Shown: positions 1 to 10,282 of the stretch, one piece after another
Layout: every line of letters begins with the position of its first letter
How positions within the stretch are numbered: the first letter of the stretch is position 1
Virus record (IMG/VR): IMGVR_UViG_3300021540_000004
Span: 32,001 to 96,000 of that record
Source of the DNA: a virus
Taxonomy: Duplodnaviria; Caudoviricetes
Strand: one strand, 5' to 3'
DNA length: 64,000 nucleotides
Position numbers and translations under genes: made by a program
Notes under the pieces: model-generated
Told to the model about the DNA's origin: nothing
Database searches by the model: none
The model's input: the letters and a program-made list of their open reading frames with translations, nothing else

Positions 1-247
1 TAAACTGCTCTATCAATGTATTATTCATCTTTTCATAATCTATATCCACACTTACTTCAGAAGAAACAGAATAATTCTTAATAACAATATTTAATAATTT
101 ATTCAATTCAGATAATTGTCTTGCATTCAAAAATTCCTGCATATCACGAATAACATTATTAATAAGAACATTACATTCATTATTATCTGATGTAGTGTAG
201 AAATCATTTAAAATAGCATTTCCAACATTCAAATTTATAGAATTCAT
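1..247 (-). CDS. N-terminal part of a tyrosine recombinase (type B paralog), runs off the window edge
   Basis: Manual translation MNSINLNVGNAILNDF...LINNVIRDMQEFLNARQLSELNKLL...DYEKMNNTLIEQF aligns with the N-terminus of 3431..4507 (LINNVLHDMEDLLESRQFVELN); GGTGA RBS upstream. Confidence 0.75.
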   Translation of the reverse strand, partial: MNSINLNVGNAILNDFYTTSDNNECNVLINNVIRDMQEFLNARQLSELNKLLNIVIKNYSVSSEVSVDIDYEKMNNTLIEQF

Positions 248-284
248 ATCCCAAAATCACCATCCATTAATCATATCTTTTTTT

Positions 285-1379
285 TTAGAAGTTAGTGTAT
301 TTTTTATGAGTCATTGCAATTGTCTCATCATCCATATCAAGATACCTCAATGTAGTCTCCAAGCTCACATGACCCATTAACTTTTGAACTTGATCTATAG
401 GCATACCTTTCTTGATCATTGTCGTGCAAAAAGTCCTCCTGAATTTGTGTGGATGTATATCTATATCCAAATATTCACCTATCCGTCTAAAAACCTTATC
501 AACACTTGTAATTGATAAAGGACTACCAATATTTATGTTTGATTCTTGAACAAACATATAAATACTATCATCCTCCCTTAATCGGAGGTATTGGAGCATG
601 TAATTTTTTGCTTTTTCACTAAAATAGATTACTCTTTCTTTATCACCTTTACCATGGACTAAACCTTTACATTCATCAAAATTAATATTATCCGTTTTCA
701 AACTAACTAGTTCACCAACACGAATACCACTACTTAATAATAATTCAAACATTGCTTTTGTCCGCATTGTCCGAATGCTTAATTCATTCTTATTCTTAAG
801 ATAAATATTCCTATTAATGAACCATCGCATTTTCTCTATTTCCTCATAAGTAAATGCTTTTTTAATCTTTTTAGGTTCTTTAACTGGAGGAATACGTAAC
901 ATTGGATTTATTAAAATCTTCTCTTCATCAGTTAAAAATCTAAAAAAGGAAGATAAATTCCTACGCATATTATTAATAGTTGCTTTACTACAACCATTCT
1001 GTTCTTGATAAAAAATAAGAAAATCTTTTAAATCTTCACTGGTTAATTCCAGAAACGATTTAATAGACCATTTCTTCAATGCATTTAAAGAATACTTATA
1101 AGCACCTATAGTTTTTTTAGATAAACCTTTAATTTTTTTAACTTTAACAAACTCTTTAATTAAAATTTCATTTGTTTTATCATAATCCAAATCATGATTT
1201 TTAGGATTATCTGCAAATGTTAAATGGTTTGTATTATAGTATAATGATTTATTTAATTCAGATAATTGTTTATTATCCAGTAAATGTTCCATTCCACCTA
1301 ATACATCTTCAATGAATTGTTTTTTATATTCACCAGTTATTGCTTGAAGTTCATTAATCATATTATACATCAACTCCAC
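285..1379 (-). CDS. XerC/D-family tyrosine recombinase (type A paralog)
   Basis: SGIRVGEL (R), HGKGDKER (K), HPHKFRR (HxxR), LMGH, TTLRY (Y); SAM-like core-binding domain. Confidence 0.95.
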   Translation of the reverse strand: MELMYNMINELQAITGEYKKQFIEDVLGGMEHLLDNKQLSELNKSLYYNTNHLTFADNPKNHDLDYDKTNEILIKEFVKVKKIKGLSKKTIGAYKYSLNALKKWSIKSFLELTSEDLKDFLIFYQEQNGCSKATINNMRRNLSSFFRFLTDEEKILINPMLRIPPVKEPKKIKKAFTYEEIEKMRWFINRNIYLKNKNELSIRTMRTKAMFELLLSSGIRVGELVSLKTDNINFDECKGLVHGKGDKERVIYFSEKAKNYMLQYLRLREDDSIYMFVQESNINIGSPLSITSVDKVFRRIGEYLDIDIHPHKFRRTFCTTMIKKGMPIDQVQKLMGHVSLETTLRYLDMDDETIAMTHKKYTNF

Positions 1380-2916
1380 TAACGTCTAATTCACCATTCA
1401 TCAATAAAGGTAACATTTTATCTAATAACTCTTTTAAGTATCTATTTTCTTCATTATTCCACATTAAAACATTTTGTATCCATAAACCCATCATCATACT
1501 AAACATTTCAGATAATGATTCTTCCTTACTATTTTGTTCAAATTTAACCTCATTCTTCTTCTTAGATAACTGTAAATACTTTAAAGGAGTATAATCTAAA
1601 TCTTCAAAAGTCAAATCTTCCATCTTATCAGGGTTTGTTTCTAATAATTGTTTTAAATTATTAAATATGGCATTAGCTTGTTTATTATCTACATTAACTG
1701 TTTGAATATCAAATTCTTTAGCTAATGTTTGATTAATAGTTAATTTAACTAAACCTCTGCGAGTATCGCATCTTTTAATATCATTAATAATGTCCTTGAA
1801 ACTTCTATGTTTCTTTAAACTCTTTTTAAAATCAAATTTTATATACTTGGATGGGGATAAATCATAATCCTTTTCTCCCACATCTTTAACATTAACTGTT
1901 ATGCAGTATTCCTCTTGGTCTTTTTGGTTTTTTATCGCTTCTGAGATTTCCACTAAATCTTCATCAGTATAATACAAGAAAGTTTTTGTATATACTCTTG
2001 TTTTCATATGGTCTTCGCCTTTCTGCTTTCTTTCAAACAAACCCGTAGGTTGTGATTTAATAAATGTGATTTTACCTTTTCGATTATCTGGTTTAGATTT
2101 TCTAACTTTCAATATAGTGGTTGGAATATCTGTATTAGTAAACATTTTACCAGGAACATTTATAACAACATCTAATAAATCATTATCAACTAGGAATTTA
2201 CGATATATTTTTTCATCTGTTGAAGATAAAACACCATTAGGTAAAATGAATACTCCTACTCCATCATCTGTTAATTGGTCTAATGCTTTAAACACGAAAG
2301 CATAGTTTAAATTCTTATCAAAATTAAAATCATTGGTAATTACTGTTTTTTCTAAGTGTAAATTAAATGGCGGATTAGATATTACTGTATCTACTTTAAC
2401 ATCAGCATTTGGCAATACATTTACTAATAATCCATCTTGCACAGTATATTCTTTAACTCTTTTATCAAACAATACATCTTCTGTGTACACTTTACAATTC
2501 ACTTTATTATAACATAATTTAAATAGTAAAAATGGTAGAACAGTTGTATCTAATTCTTTTAATATGTAACTGCATTGCTCATGAGATTTAAACTTTTCTA
2601 ATGTTAAACTACCCATTCCACAACACATATCATAGATTATGTTTTCATTTTCATGGTTAGATAACATTGCAACCAGTTTACTTAAACTCTTTGGAGTGTA
2701 ATCCTGACTTAAACCTTCACGATCACTTAACCAGAATTCATATAAACCCTGAAGATAATCAAAGTCATCATCTTTTGTAAGTTTATCATATGCTTTAATA
2801 AGTTTACTTAATTCTTTTTTATTACCAATCGTTTTTATTAAAGTATTAGGTAATTCTGAAACATCTTGAATGTTTAATGTTTTTAATAGTTTATTTGTGA
2901 ATTTTTTTAATTCCAT
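1363..2916 (-). CDS. HsdM-like N6-adenine DNA methyltransferase with an HsdS-like C-terminal helix
   Basis: QDYTP, motif I DMCCGMG, motif IV NPPF, ILPNGVL, MFTNTDIPT; ends LKELLDKMLPLLMNGELDV. Confidence 0.9.
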   Translation of the reverse strand: MELKKFTNKLLKTLNIQDVSELPNTLIKTIGNKKELSKLIKAYDKLTKDDDFDYLQGLYEFWLSDREGLSQDYTPKSLSKLVAMLSNHENENIIYDMCCGMGSLTLEKFKSHEQCSYILKELDTTVLPFLLFKLCYNKVNCKVYTEDVLFDKRVKEYTVQDGLLVNVLPNADVKVDTVISNPPFNLHLEKTVITNDFNFDKNLNYAFVFKALDQLTDDGVGVFILPNGVLSSTDEKIYRKFLVDNDLLDVVINVPGKMFTNTDIPTTILKVRKSKPDNRKGKITFIKSQPTGLFERKQKGEDHMKTRVYTKTFLYYTDEDLVEISEAIKNQKDQEEYCITVNVKDVGEKDYDLSPSKYIKFDFKKSLKKHRSFKDIINDIKRCDTRRGLVKLTINQTLAKEFDIQTVNVDNKQANAIFNNLKQLLETNPDKMEDLTFEDLDYTPLKYLQLSKKKNEVKFEQNSKEESLSEMFSMMMGLWIQNVLMWNNEENRYLKELLDKMLPLLMNGELDVSGVDV

Positions 2917-2934
2917 TAAATTGTTCCTCTCTTT

Positions 2935-3414
2935 TTATGTTATGATTGATGCAACCATTTCTTTAGCTTTATCTTCAGTTAAGAAACGACCATAATAATC
3001 ACCATTAATGTAAACAACATAAACTTGTTCATCTTCTAGCCAGTAGTAATATTTTGGCTGGAAATTTAATGTATTAATGGTTTTTTGATGTAATTTACTT
3101 TTATCCCATCCAACTTTTTTTAACTTACGAACAATATTTTTAGCAGTGCTTTCTGATTCAACAGAACCATAATAAACACCACTTTTACGGATATAATATC
3201 GTCCATTACGTTCAAAATAAAACTTATTCTGAACTTTATTTTTAAAGAATAATTCACTCGCTTCACCTGTTAAAGATGAATCTTTCCAATTAACTTTATC
3301 CAATTCATTTACTAGGAATTTCGCTTCTTCTTCAGTATCTACTGTTGTATAATACTTATTTTTTTTACGAATAACATACTTGCCTGATGCTAGTTTAAAA
3401 TAACATTTAACCAT
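2935..3414 (-). CDS. AP2-like repeat DNA-binding protein (3 units)
   Basis: Repeated YYG...E..A......L....W unit shared with five other ORFs in the window. Confidence 0.6.
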   Translation of the reverse strand: MVKCYFKLASGKYVIRKKNKYYTTVDTEEEAKFLVNELDKVNWKDSSLTGEASELFFKNKVQNKFYFERNGRYYIRKSGVYYGSVESESTAKNIVRKLKKVGWDKSKLHQKTINTLNFQPKYYYWLEDEQVYVVYINGDYYGRFLTEDKAKEMVASIIT

Positions 3415-3430
3415 AAAGAAACACTTCCAT

Positions 3431-4507
3431 TTAGTCTGTTAGTTTTTTATGAGTATGTTTTAATTCAGATTCATCAATAATAGTGTATAACTGTGTTGTA
3501 CTAATTCCTTCATGTCCAAGGTATTCTTTTATCTGTTCAATAGGAACTCCTTTTTTCAAAAGATTACTTGCCATCGTACGTCTAAAACGGTGAGGATGAG
3601 TATTTTCCACTCCACAACTTCTTCCAACGTTACGGACTAATCTTTCAACACCATTCGTCCCTAATTGGTTATGTGGTTTTTTAGAAGATACGAATAAATA
3701 AGGATTATTATCTGTTCTTTCATCCAAATACTGTTCCAATAAGAATTTAGTTGTTTCATTAAAATAACAGACACGTTCCTTATTACCTTTACCTAATACA
3801 ATACAAGTTTTATTACTTATATTAACATCATCAAGTTTTAATCCAACTAATTCACCTACACGCATACCACTACTTAACAGTAATTCAAATATGGCCTGGT
3901 CTCTTAAACTTTTTTTATTAAAAGCAAAACGTAACCTGACAATCTCAGCATTACTAAAAGGTTTCTTAACCCTAACAGGTTCTTTAATCTTATGAATACC
4001 TACTAATGGATTATTAAAAATCAAACCATGAATAGTTAAATATTTAAAAAATGATCTTAAATTACGAACATAATTATTAATCGTAACAACACTAATACCC
4101 TCCTCCTGTTTACACCTCATGAAATATTTAATATCCTCCGCGGTAATCTCCTGTAAACCTTTAGGAACATACTTTAAAAAAGAATCAACCGTACTCCCAT
4201 ACAATTGTAATGTCTTTTCAGATAAACCCTCAACACGTTTACCATCTAAAACAAAATTGATTAACTTCTCATTAGTAACACTAACATCCTCATTGAAATC
4301 AACATATTTAACACTGAAACTATAATCAGCAGCAATACGTTTCAAGTTATTATTTAATTCTACAAATTGTCTGCTTTCAAGTAAATCTTCCATGTCATGT
4401 AAAACATTATTAATTAGTGATTGTGCTGCACCATTATCAAAATCATTATAGATTTCTTTACTTACAGCACCACCAAAACCTTCTAATCCAGTATTTAAAC
4501 CCAACAT
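3431..4507 (-). CDS. XerC/D-family tyrosine recombinase (type B paralog)
   Basis: SGMRVGEL, GKGNKER, HPHRFRR, LGH, TTQLY. Confidence 0.95.
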   Translation of the reverse strand: MLGLNTGLEGFGGAVSKEIYNDFDNGAAQSLINNVLHDMEDLLESRQFVELNNNLKRIAADYSFSVKYVDFNEDVSVTNEKLINFVLDGKRVEGLSEKTLQLYGSTVDSFLKYVPKGLQEITAEDIKYFMRCKQEEGISVVTINNYVRNLRSFFKYLTIHGLIFNNPLVGIHKIKEPVRVKKPFSNAEIVRLRFAFNKKSLRDQAIFELLLSSGMRVGELVGLKLDDVNISNKTCIVLGKGNKERVCYFNETTKFLLEQYLDERTDNNPYLFVSSKKPHNQLGTNGVERLVRNVGRSCGVENTHPHRFRRTMASNLLKKGVPIEQIKEYLGHEGISTTQLYTIIDESELKHTHKKLTD

Positions 4508-4513
4508 AATTTT

Positions 4514-5581
4514 TTAGAACTCCATATATTTTTCATGATTTATTTTTAATTCATCCTGATCAACAATTGCATAAATCAAAGTAGTATCAGCATTAGAATG
4601 ACCTAAAAATTTACTAACTTGCTCTAATGGTGTGCCTTTACGCAAAGCATTAGTCGCCATCGTCCTTCTAAATTTATGCGGGTGTGCATGAACACCAGAA
4701 CTCTCACCATACTCCCTTATCAACCTTTCAACACCCGTAACCTGCAACCTATTATGAGGCTTTTTAGAAGAAACAAATAAAGCCACATTATTATCCTCAC
4801 GAGTACTAAGATAATTCTGCAAAGCAACATTAGTCTGACTATTCATATAACAAGTACGCTGCTTATTTCCTTTACCTGTAACAATAAAACTATTATTATT
4901 AAAATCAATACTAGTACGATTTAAATTAACCAACTCACCAATACGAATACCACTACTCAACAATAATTCAAAAATAGCTAAATCACGTTCTTTATTATGA
5001 TTAATCTTATTCTTCTTATGACTATTCTTCTTATCAAAAATAATAGCATTACGCAACAAAGTAATTTCCTTAGCAGTAAAAGGCTCCTTAACAGACTTCT
5101 TAGATTTAATAGCTGGAAGTTTACGCATAGGACTATCAATAATATACTCCGATTCAATAAGATAATTATAAAAACTACTTAAAACACGTCGCACATTATC
5201 CACAGTACTATTACTACAACCATTCAAATCTTTATAAAACTTAAAATAATCCTTAATATCATTAGTAGTTAAATCAGTTAAAGGTTTAACCGCCCAATCA
5301 CTAAAATTCTTCAAAGTACTACGATAATAACTAATCGTCCTTTTACTACAACCCTGTAATTTCTTCTCAGAAGTAAAATTACGGATTAACTCCTCATTAG
5401 TAACATCATAATCCAAATCCACCACAGGCTTATCCTTAATATTCAAATCATCAGTATGCCTATTCAATGATTTATTCAACTCAGTTAATTGCCTATTATC
5501 CAACAAACCATTCATACTTTCTAATACATCATCAATGAATCGTTTCTTATACTCTGCAAAAACAACATCATACTCTTCCAT
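4514..5581 (-). CDS. XerC/D-family tyrosine recombinase (type A paralog)
   Basis: SGIRIGEL, GKGNKQR, HPHKFRR, LGH, TTLIY; N-terminus EYKKRFIDDVL matches 285..1379. Confidence 0.95.
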   Translation of the reverse strand: MEEYDVVFAEYKKRFIDDVLESMNGLLDNRQLTELNKSLNRHTDDLNIKDKPVVDLDYDVTNEELIRNFTSEKKLQGCSKRTISYYRSTLKNFSDWAVKPLTDLTTNDIKDYFKFYKDLNGCSNSTVDNVRRVLSSFYNYLIESEYIIDSPMRKLPAIKSKKSVKEPFTAKEITLLRNAIIFDKKNSHKKNKINHNKERDLAIFELLLSSGIRIGELVNLNRTSIDFNNNSFIVTGKGNKQRTCYMNSQTNVALQNYLSTREDNNVALFVSSKKPHNRLQVTGVERLIREYGESSGVHAHPHKFRRTMATNALRKGTPLEQVSKFLGHSNADTTLIYAIVDQDELKINHEKYMEF

Positions 5582-5600
5582 ACGAAAAAAACACCCCCTA

Positions 5601-5858
5601 TTAAATTAATTTAGTTTGAATATTGTCAAATGTATCAATAACCCATTCTCCTTTAAAGTCTTTGTCTTCAGGTTCATAGCATATTAAATCATAGCCTAAT
5701 TCATTTAATTTATCCAGTAGTAATTGCTGTTTTAACTCATATTCATTGAGTAGGTCTACTGGGAATTTTCCTATTTTTTTGTCTTCTTTATCGTCTTTTA
5801 TATGGACTGTATCGTGTGTTTTTCCATATACTAAACGATACCTGTTTTCTTCATACAT
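5601..5858 (-). CDS. Hypothetical protein ending in QTKLI
   Basis: ORF with GGAGG RBS; C-terminal motif shared with three other proteins. Confidence 0.7.
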   Translation of the reverse strand: MYEENRYRLVYGKTHDTVHIKDDKEDKKIGKFPVDLLNEYELKQQLLLDKLNELGYDLICYEPEDKDFKGEWVIDTFDNIQTKLI

Positions 5859-6027
5859 TATTTATCCTCCATTTTCTCTTTTTTTAAAGTATTCACAACA
5901 GTCTCCAAGTCTGTGAACATAATAGTTATGATGATAGCAGAATCCTTGATATTCACGTGGTCTTAACCATTGGTAATGTTTACATTCAAAATGTCTACAA
6001 TTCATTCTTATAACACCTCATTTTATA

Positions 6028-7590
6028 TTAGGGGTATATTTTATCTGCTTCCTCTTTGATACCAGGGAATTTTTCCTCGTTCCAGTTTACATCAATTAAT
6101 TGGTCTCTTATGTATTCTGCTTTTTCTTTATTTTGATAGGTTCCGAAGTTATTCATGCGTTTATCTTTTCCTTTATGTCTTACGGAATAGCTAATTACTT
6201 TTCCTTTATATTTATTTTCGTAAACCCATCTTTTGCTGCCGACAATACTTTGGAAACCTATTAATTCATGTATTTTTTTAAGTCTTTTTTTATCCCAATC
6301 ACATTCTTTTAATTTTTTAACAACTTTTTTAGCTGTTTTTTTATTTGGGTAACTACCATAGTATACTCCTTTACGTGCAATTATGTATGGGCTGGGTCTG
6401 CCATCTGTTCTGAAATGAATATAATTTCCATCACTATAATGTACACTTAAATCCGGTGTGAAAACACGTTCTATTTCTAATAATTCTAATGGGTCTTCAC
6501 CAGACCAGCATATGTTTTTGAAATCCTTCCAGCTAATATTATATCTTTTAAGGTAATTTCTAATTGATTGTTCATTAATACCCATTAATTCAGATAGTTC
6601 TTTTTGAGTGTTAACTCCCTCCAGTATTAATTCTTTCATTCTTGTGAGTTCATCTTCATAAGTTTTAAGTGGAACATTATGTAAAATAGTTCTTTCTGGA
6701 TATGGAGGTAATTCCATATTGTAATATGGGTTATTATCATCGTTAGCACAATAGACAATTGTTTCTATATCAAAATCATATTTAACATATAAATCACGTT
6801 CCCATAACGCATCTTCTAAATTACTAAAAACTAATGTTGTTATTTTGCCTTCATTGTTGGTTGGTGTTAATACGAATGCCCATTTACCATCATGTGATCC
6901 ATTCTTTAAATGTGGTCTGACATAACGATAGAATCCTACTAGCCAGGTATACCATTTAGGATAATCGTTTAATATTTCAGGTATTTTATTTTTATCCCAG
7001 TTACATTCTTGTAGTCTTTTTTTCACGTAATAAGCTTGTTCATATGTTCTGCATGCACAATAATACTTACTGCTGTATTTTACATGGTATGATTGTGGTC
7101 CTTTTTTAGTTATTGTTCCTTCAGCGTAATTGGAATCTTTTTCTTTTTTAACTAATCTTTCAGGTACTGGATAATCTAAACCATCTTCTAAATAAGGGTT
7201 ATCTGTAATTAAATCATATAATTTAATATTTAATTTAACATCCCAATTATTATGTTTAACAATGTCTCTCCATAATAAAGCTTCTTCTAGTGTGTTGCAT
7301 CTTCCGAAATATGTGTTTTTCCCGTTTATTCTTTTGATTATAATATATTGGGAATTTTTAACTAATGTAATGTGTTTATAGTATTCTTTTTCGTAGTCAA
7401 CTTCTAATGTTTTTATCCAATCATGTTCTATTAACCAGTCTCTTTTGTTGACTGCATCTTGGAAATTATCATATTGTCCGAAATATTCTCGTTTACCATT
7501 TATATTTTTGAAAATACGATATTTTCCATCATATTTGTTTATGTATTTACCATACTGTTTTTCATAACTATTTTTACTTCCAATGCTCAT
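6028..7590 (-). CDS. Multi-AP2-like repeat protein with internal HTH
   Basis: About six YFG.Y....A...RD.L....W units; HTH-like TQKELSELMGINEQSIRNYL; start moved to ATG 7590 after the TTTTTCGTATG context. Confidence 0.7.
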   Translation of the reverse strand: MSIGSKNSYEKQYGKYINKYDGKYRIFKNINGKREYFGQYDNFQDAVNKRDWLIEHDWIKTLEVDYEKEYYKHITLVKNSQYIIIKRINGKNTYFGRCNTLEEALLWRDIVKHNNWDVKLNIKLYDLITDNPYLEDGLDYPVPERLVKKEKDSNYAEGTITKKGPQSYHVKYSSKYYCACRTYEQAYYVKKRLQECNWDKNKIPEILNDYPKWYTWLVGFYRYVRPHLKNGSHDGKWAFVLTPTNNEGKITTLVFSNLEDALWERDLYVKYDFDIETIVYCANDDNNPYYNMELPPYPERTILHNVPLKTYEDELTRMKELILEGVNTQKELSELMGINEQSIRNYLKRYNISWKDFKNICWSGEDPLELLEIERVFTPDLSVHYSDGNYIHFRTDGRPSPYIIARKGVYYGSYPNKKTAKKVVKKLKECDWDKKRLKKIHELIGFQSIVGSKRWVYENKYKGKVISYSVRHKGKDKRMNNFGTYQNKEKAEYIRDQLIDVNWNEEKFPGIKEEADKIYP

Positions 7591-7608
7591 ACGAAAAAAC
7601 ACTTCCTT

Positions 7609-8160
7609 TTATATTAGTTTTGTTTGTCCTGTTGCGTTTATATTGTTGAATACTTCTAAATCTAATTCTAATGATTCATCTAATGAAACTGTATCAACAT
7701 CTAACACAATATCCTCTGAATAAATATTATTATAATTATTATCCATTGTTTTTTCTTTTTCTAAACGATAATACGATGAGTTTATGATTTCTTTTTTTAG
7801 GTAGTATGTTTCTTCTGGTGTTGTATATCTCATTCCACGACATGGTGTGTTCAAAGCATAAGGATGATGTAATTTTATTGCATTATTGATACTGTATATG
7901 CTCATTAAATCATCATCTTCCAGGTTATTACATTTTACTGGTCCTAAGATATAATGGTCTTCACTAGTTAAGTTACGGTATAATACTATTTGGAAGTTGT
8001 TCTCTACTCCGATATGTGTTACACGGTCGTTTTTATCAACTACTGCTAATGCTACATAGTAACCGTAGCTCATGCTTAGTTTACGTATGTATCTCATATT
8101 TTTTTGTGGTTTGAATAATAATATTCGTTCAAAACCCGTGTTTAAATTATAATCAGTCAT
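7609..8160 (-). CDS. Hypothetical protein ending in QTKLI
   Basis: ORF coupled to upstream gene by ATGA overlap. Confidence 0.65.
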   Translation of the reverse strand: MTDYNLNTGFERILLFKPQKNMRYIRKLSMSYGYYVALAVVDKNDRVTHIGVENNFQIVLYRNLTSEDHYILGPVKCNNLEDDDLMSIYSINNAIKLHHPYALNTPCRGMRYTTPEETYYLKKEIINSSYYRLEKEKTMDNNYNNIYSEDIVLDVDTVSLDESLELDLEVFNNINATGQTKLI

Positions 8161-8741
8161 ACTATTTCACCATTCAATCTTAGTGTATTAACATCAAATA
8201 TGTCTTCACCATAACCTTTTAGATTATATTTACTATGTATTATTTCGTTATCATGGAATAATTTAAAATAAGAACCGGATTTCATGTTTTCTGTACTATA
8301 GTATGTCCATGTTATATTTAGTTCTGGATGCATTTGGAATAGTTTTAATATTACTGGTTCCGGTTGATACCATGCTGTATCAAATACTATTATTAATGGG
8401 GTGGATACTCCAATATTTTCCTCTAATATTTTTTCATGGTCAAATAATTGTAATCCACAGGAGTTCCATTTTGTGTTCCAGAAATCTTTTCTCCATTCAT
8501 ACCAGTTGAACCAATCATTTTCACTGTCTGGTGGGTGTAATGATGCTTTATTATTTAATGCATTACTATGATAGTTTAGATTATATTTTTTAGGACAGTT
8601 TTTTTCTGTTTCTGGTTCTGGTATTATTGTATTAAAATCAAAAATGTTATCCTGCACATGTTTTTCTAAAAAGTTTATTATTTCAGTATTATCTCTTTTC
8701 TCTGAGTATATTTCTATTATATTTTTAACATAATTTGGCAT
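8157..8741 (-). CDS. DUF1281/YubB-like ferredoxin-fold protein
   Basis: MPNYVKN, FDFNTIIPEP, WYEWR..WNTKWN, FDTAW..P motifs typical of this mobile-element family. Confidence 0.7.
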   Translation of the reverse strand: MPNYVKNIIEIYSEKRDNTEIINFLEKHVQDNIFDFNTIIPEPETEKNCPKKYNLNYHSNALNNKASLHPPDSENDWFNWYEWRKDFWNTKWNSCGLQLFDHEKILEENIGVSTPLIIVFDTAWYQPEPVILKLFQMHPELNITWTYYSTENMKSGSYFKLFHDNEIIHSKYNLKGYGEDIFDVNTLRLNGEIV

Positions 8742-8769
8742 TTTATCATTAACCCTCCCCTAGTTTTTT

Positions 8770-9186
8770 TTATGGGAATAACTCCATTGCTTTTAACTGG
8801 ATATTTTTTAGGCATTTACGATTCCAGTTAACTTTTTTTAGTTCGTATACTACATATTGTGCTTCTTCTTCGGAGTTGTATGTTCCGAAGTGTTTTTGTT
8901 TTCTACTTTTGGTTAATGGTGAGTAAACAACCCAGTAACCTCCTTTTTTGTTGAAATGATAATATTTTGGTGCATTATCTGTTTCTTGTTTTTTTGTTTG
9001 TTTTTCGGGTTTTCTTGGTGTTATTAATCCATCATCCACTGCATGTTTGTAGAATGTGCTGCATTTATTCAAGCTGATTTGTAGTTTTTCAGCTATTTTT
9101 CGGATAGTCATTCCTTCTCGATAAAGGTCGATGTACTCATTGTATTTGTCTTCCACTATTTTAAATTCAAGCATATTTAACTTCAC
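8770..9186 (-). CDS. HTH plus AP2-like DNA-binding protein
   Basis: GMTIRKIAEKLQIS HTH; HFGTYNSEEEAQYVVYELKKVNW. Confidence 0.65.
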   Translation of the reverse strand: MKLNMLEFKIVEDKYNEYIDLYREGMTIRKIAEKLQISLNKCSTFYKHAVDDGLITPRKPEKQTKKQETDNAPKYYHFNKKGGYWVVYSPLTKSRKQKHFGTYNSEEEAQYVVYELKKVNWNRKCLKNIQLKAMELFP

Positions 9187-9198
9187 CCACTATTTTTT

Positions 9199-9957
9199 TT
9201 AGATTAGTGTTGTTTGTCCATTAGTGTTTTTAATAATATTTTCCTTAATGGATTCATCAACTTTATTTTCATTAGTGTCATTTAATGATGGATTGTTTTG
9301 TTTTACTCCGATGAAGTTATGTGCTTCATGTATTGAATTAATCTCCTCTATATGTGGTAAGGGAATTCCATGAAGTAAATACCGGTTAACTCTCCAACCT
9401 TTATAGAAAGTTTCCTCTAATGTATTCATATGTAAAATACTGCCCCGTACACCATGAATATAGAAATTTAGAACAGACATTTTACAGCTTGTTTCATCTA
9501 AATCTTGACCAATACAATATAGTTGGCCTTTACTATTACAATGTGATGCTAAAAGAAATCGTCCACTTCCGCAACAAGGATCATTAGCAAAACAATTATA
9601 ATATTCTTCAGGTTTTTTATTTATTACCATCTCACCCATTAATTCGGTTATGTGTTGAGGTGTGTAGTATTGTTGTAGGGTTTCCTGTTTTCCTTTTGAT
9701 TGTACATTATCCTCATATAAGTAACCTATTAAGTCGTAGTATGGTTTATCTTGTAATTCTTTGTTCATTTCGTTTATCCATTCGTTGAACATTTCAAAAT
9801 AAGTTTCTTCATTACCATAGAAGCTCTTAGGCGAATATTGGCTTGATGTTTGCATTAAATTTATATCAATGCAGTAATCTAGCCAGTTGTTCCAGATTAT
9901 GCTTCTATCATTGGTTCTTGAGAGTTCATCGAATAGTTCTTCAAATTTAGAACTCAT
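9199..9957 (-). CDS. Truncated HsdM-like N6-methylase domain protein lacking motif IV; ends in QTTLI
   Basis: QYYTP and DPCCGSGRFL present, no NPP[FY]. Confidence 0.75.
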   Translation of the reverse strand: MSSKFEELFDELSRTNDRSIIWNNWLDYCIDINLMQTSSQYSPKSFYGNEETYFEMFNEWINEMNKELQDKPYYDLIGYLYEDNVQSKGKQETLQQYYTPQHITELMGEMVINKKPEEYYNCFANDPCCGSGRFLLASHCNSKGQLYCIGQDLDETSCKMSVLNFYIHGVRGSILHMNTLEETFYKGWRVNRYLLHGIPLPHIEEINSIHEAHNFIGVKQNNPSLNDTNENKVDESIKENIIKNTNGQTTLI

Positions 9958-10055
9958 ATTTTCTCACTTTTTCTCATTTTTTCTTTTGGGATTTTTTAGG
10001 AGTAAAAAATTGTACTCCCTTATATAATATTATGATATACTAATATATAAATATT
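9958..10055 (-). promoter_or_regulatory. Early promoter plus structured leader, copy 1
   Basis: TTTATATA TATA box, TATATCATAATATTATATAAG, GGAGTA/TACTCC hairpin, CCCAAAAGAAAAAA box, AGTGAG RBS. Confidence 0.75.
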
Positions 10056-10282
10056 TCCATCAAATTGGTGGTGAAAAAAACACTAACTCGACAAACGCTT
10101 AACAATCTTACGACTACCCAACCTAATCAAATCATTCAACTCAGCAATCTGATTAACATCAGGATCATCACTCAACACAACACTAATAGTACAATCACAC
10201 CAACCTAAACTAATCTTCTCCTCAACAATATTATCCATACAAAAAACACTCCTTACCTTTAATATTAAATAAAATAAATTTT

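Noticed and set aside
285-5581. RIT element (recombinases in trio)
   Set aside because: There are four genes arranged as two A/B pairs separated by other genes, and no terminal inverted repeats were seen
1363-9957. Complete type I restriction-modification system
   Set aside because: No hsdR or stand-alone hsdS in the window
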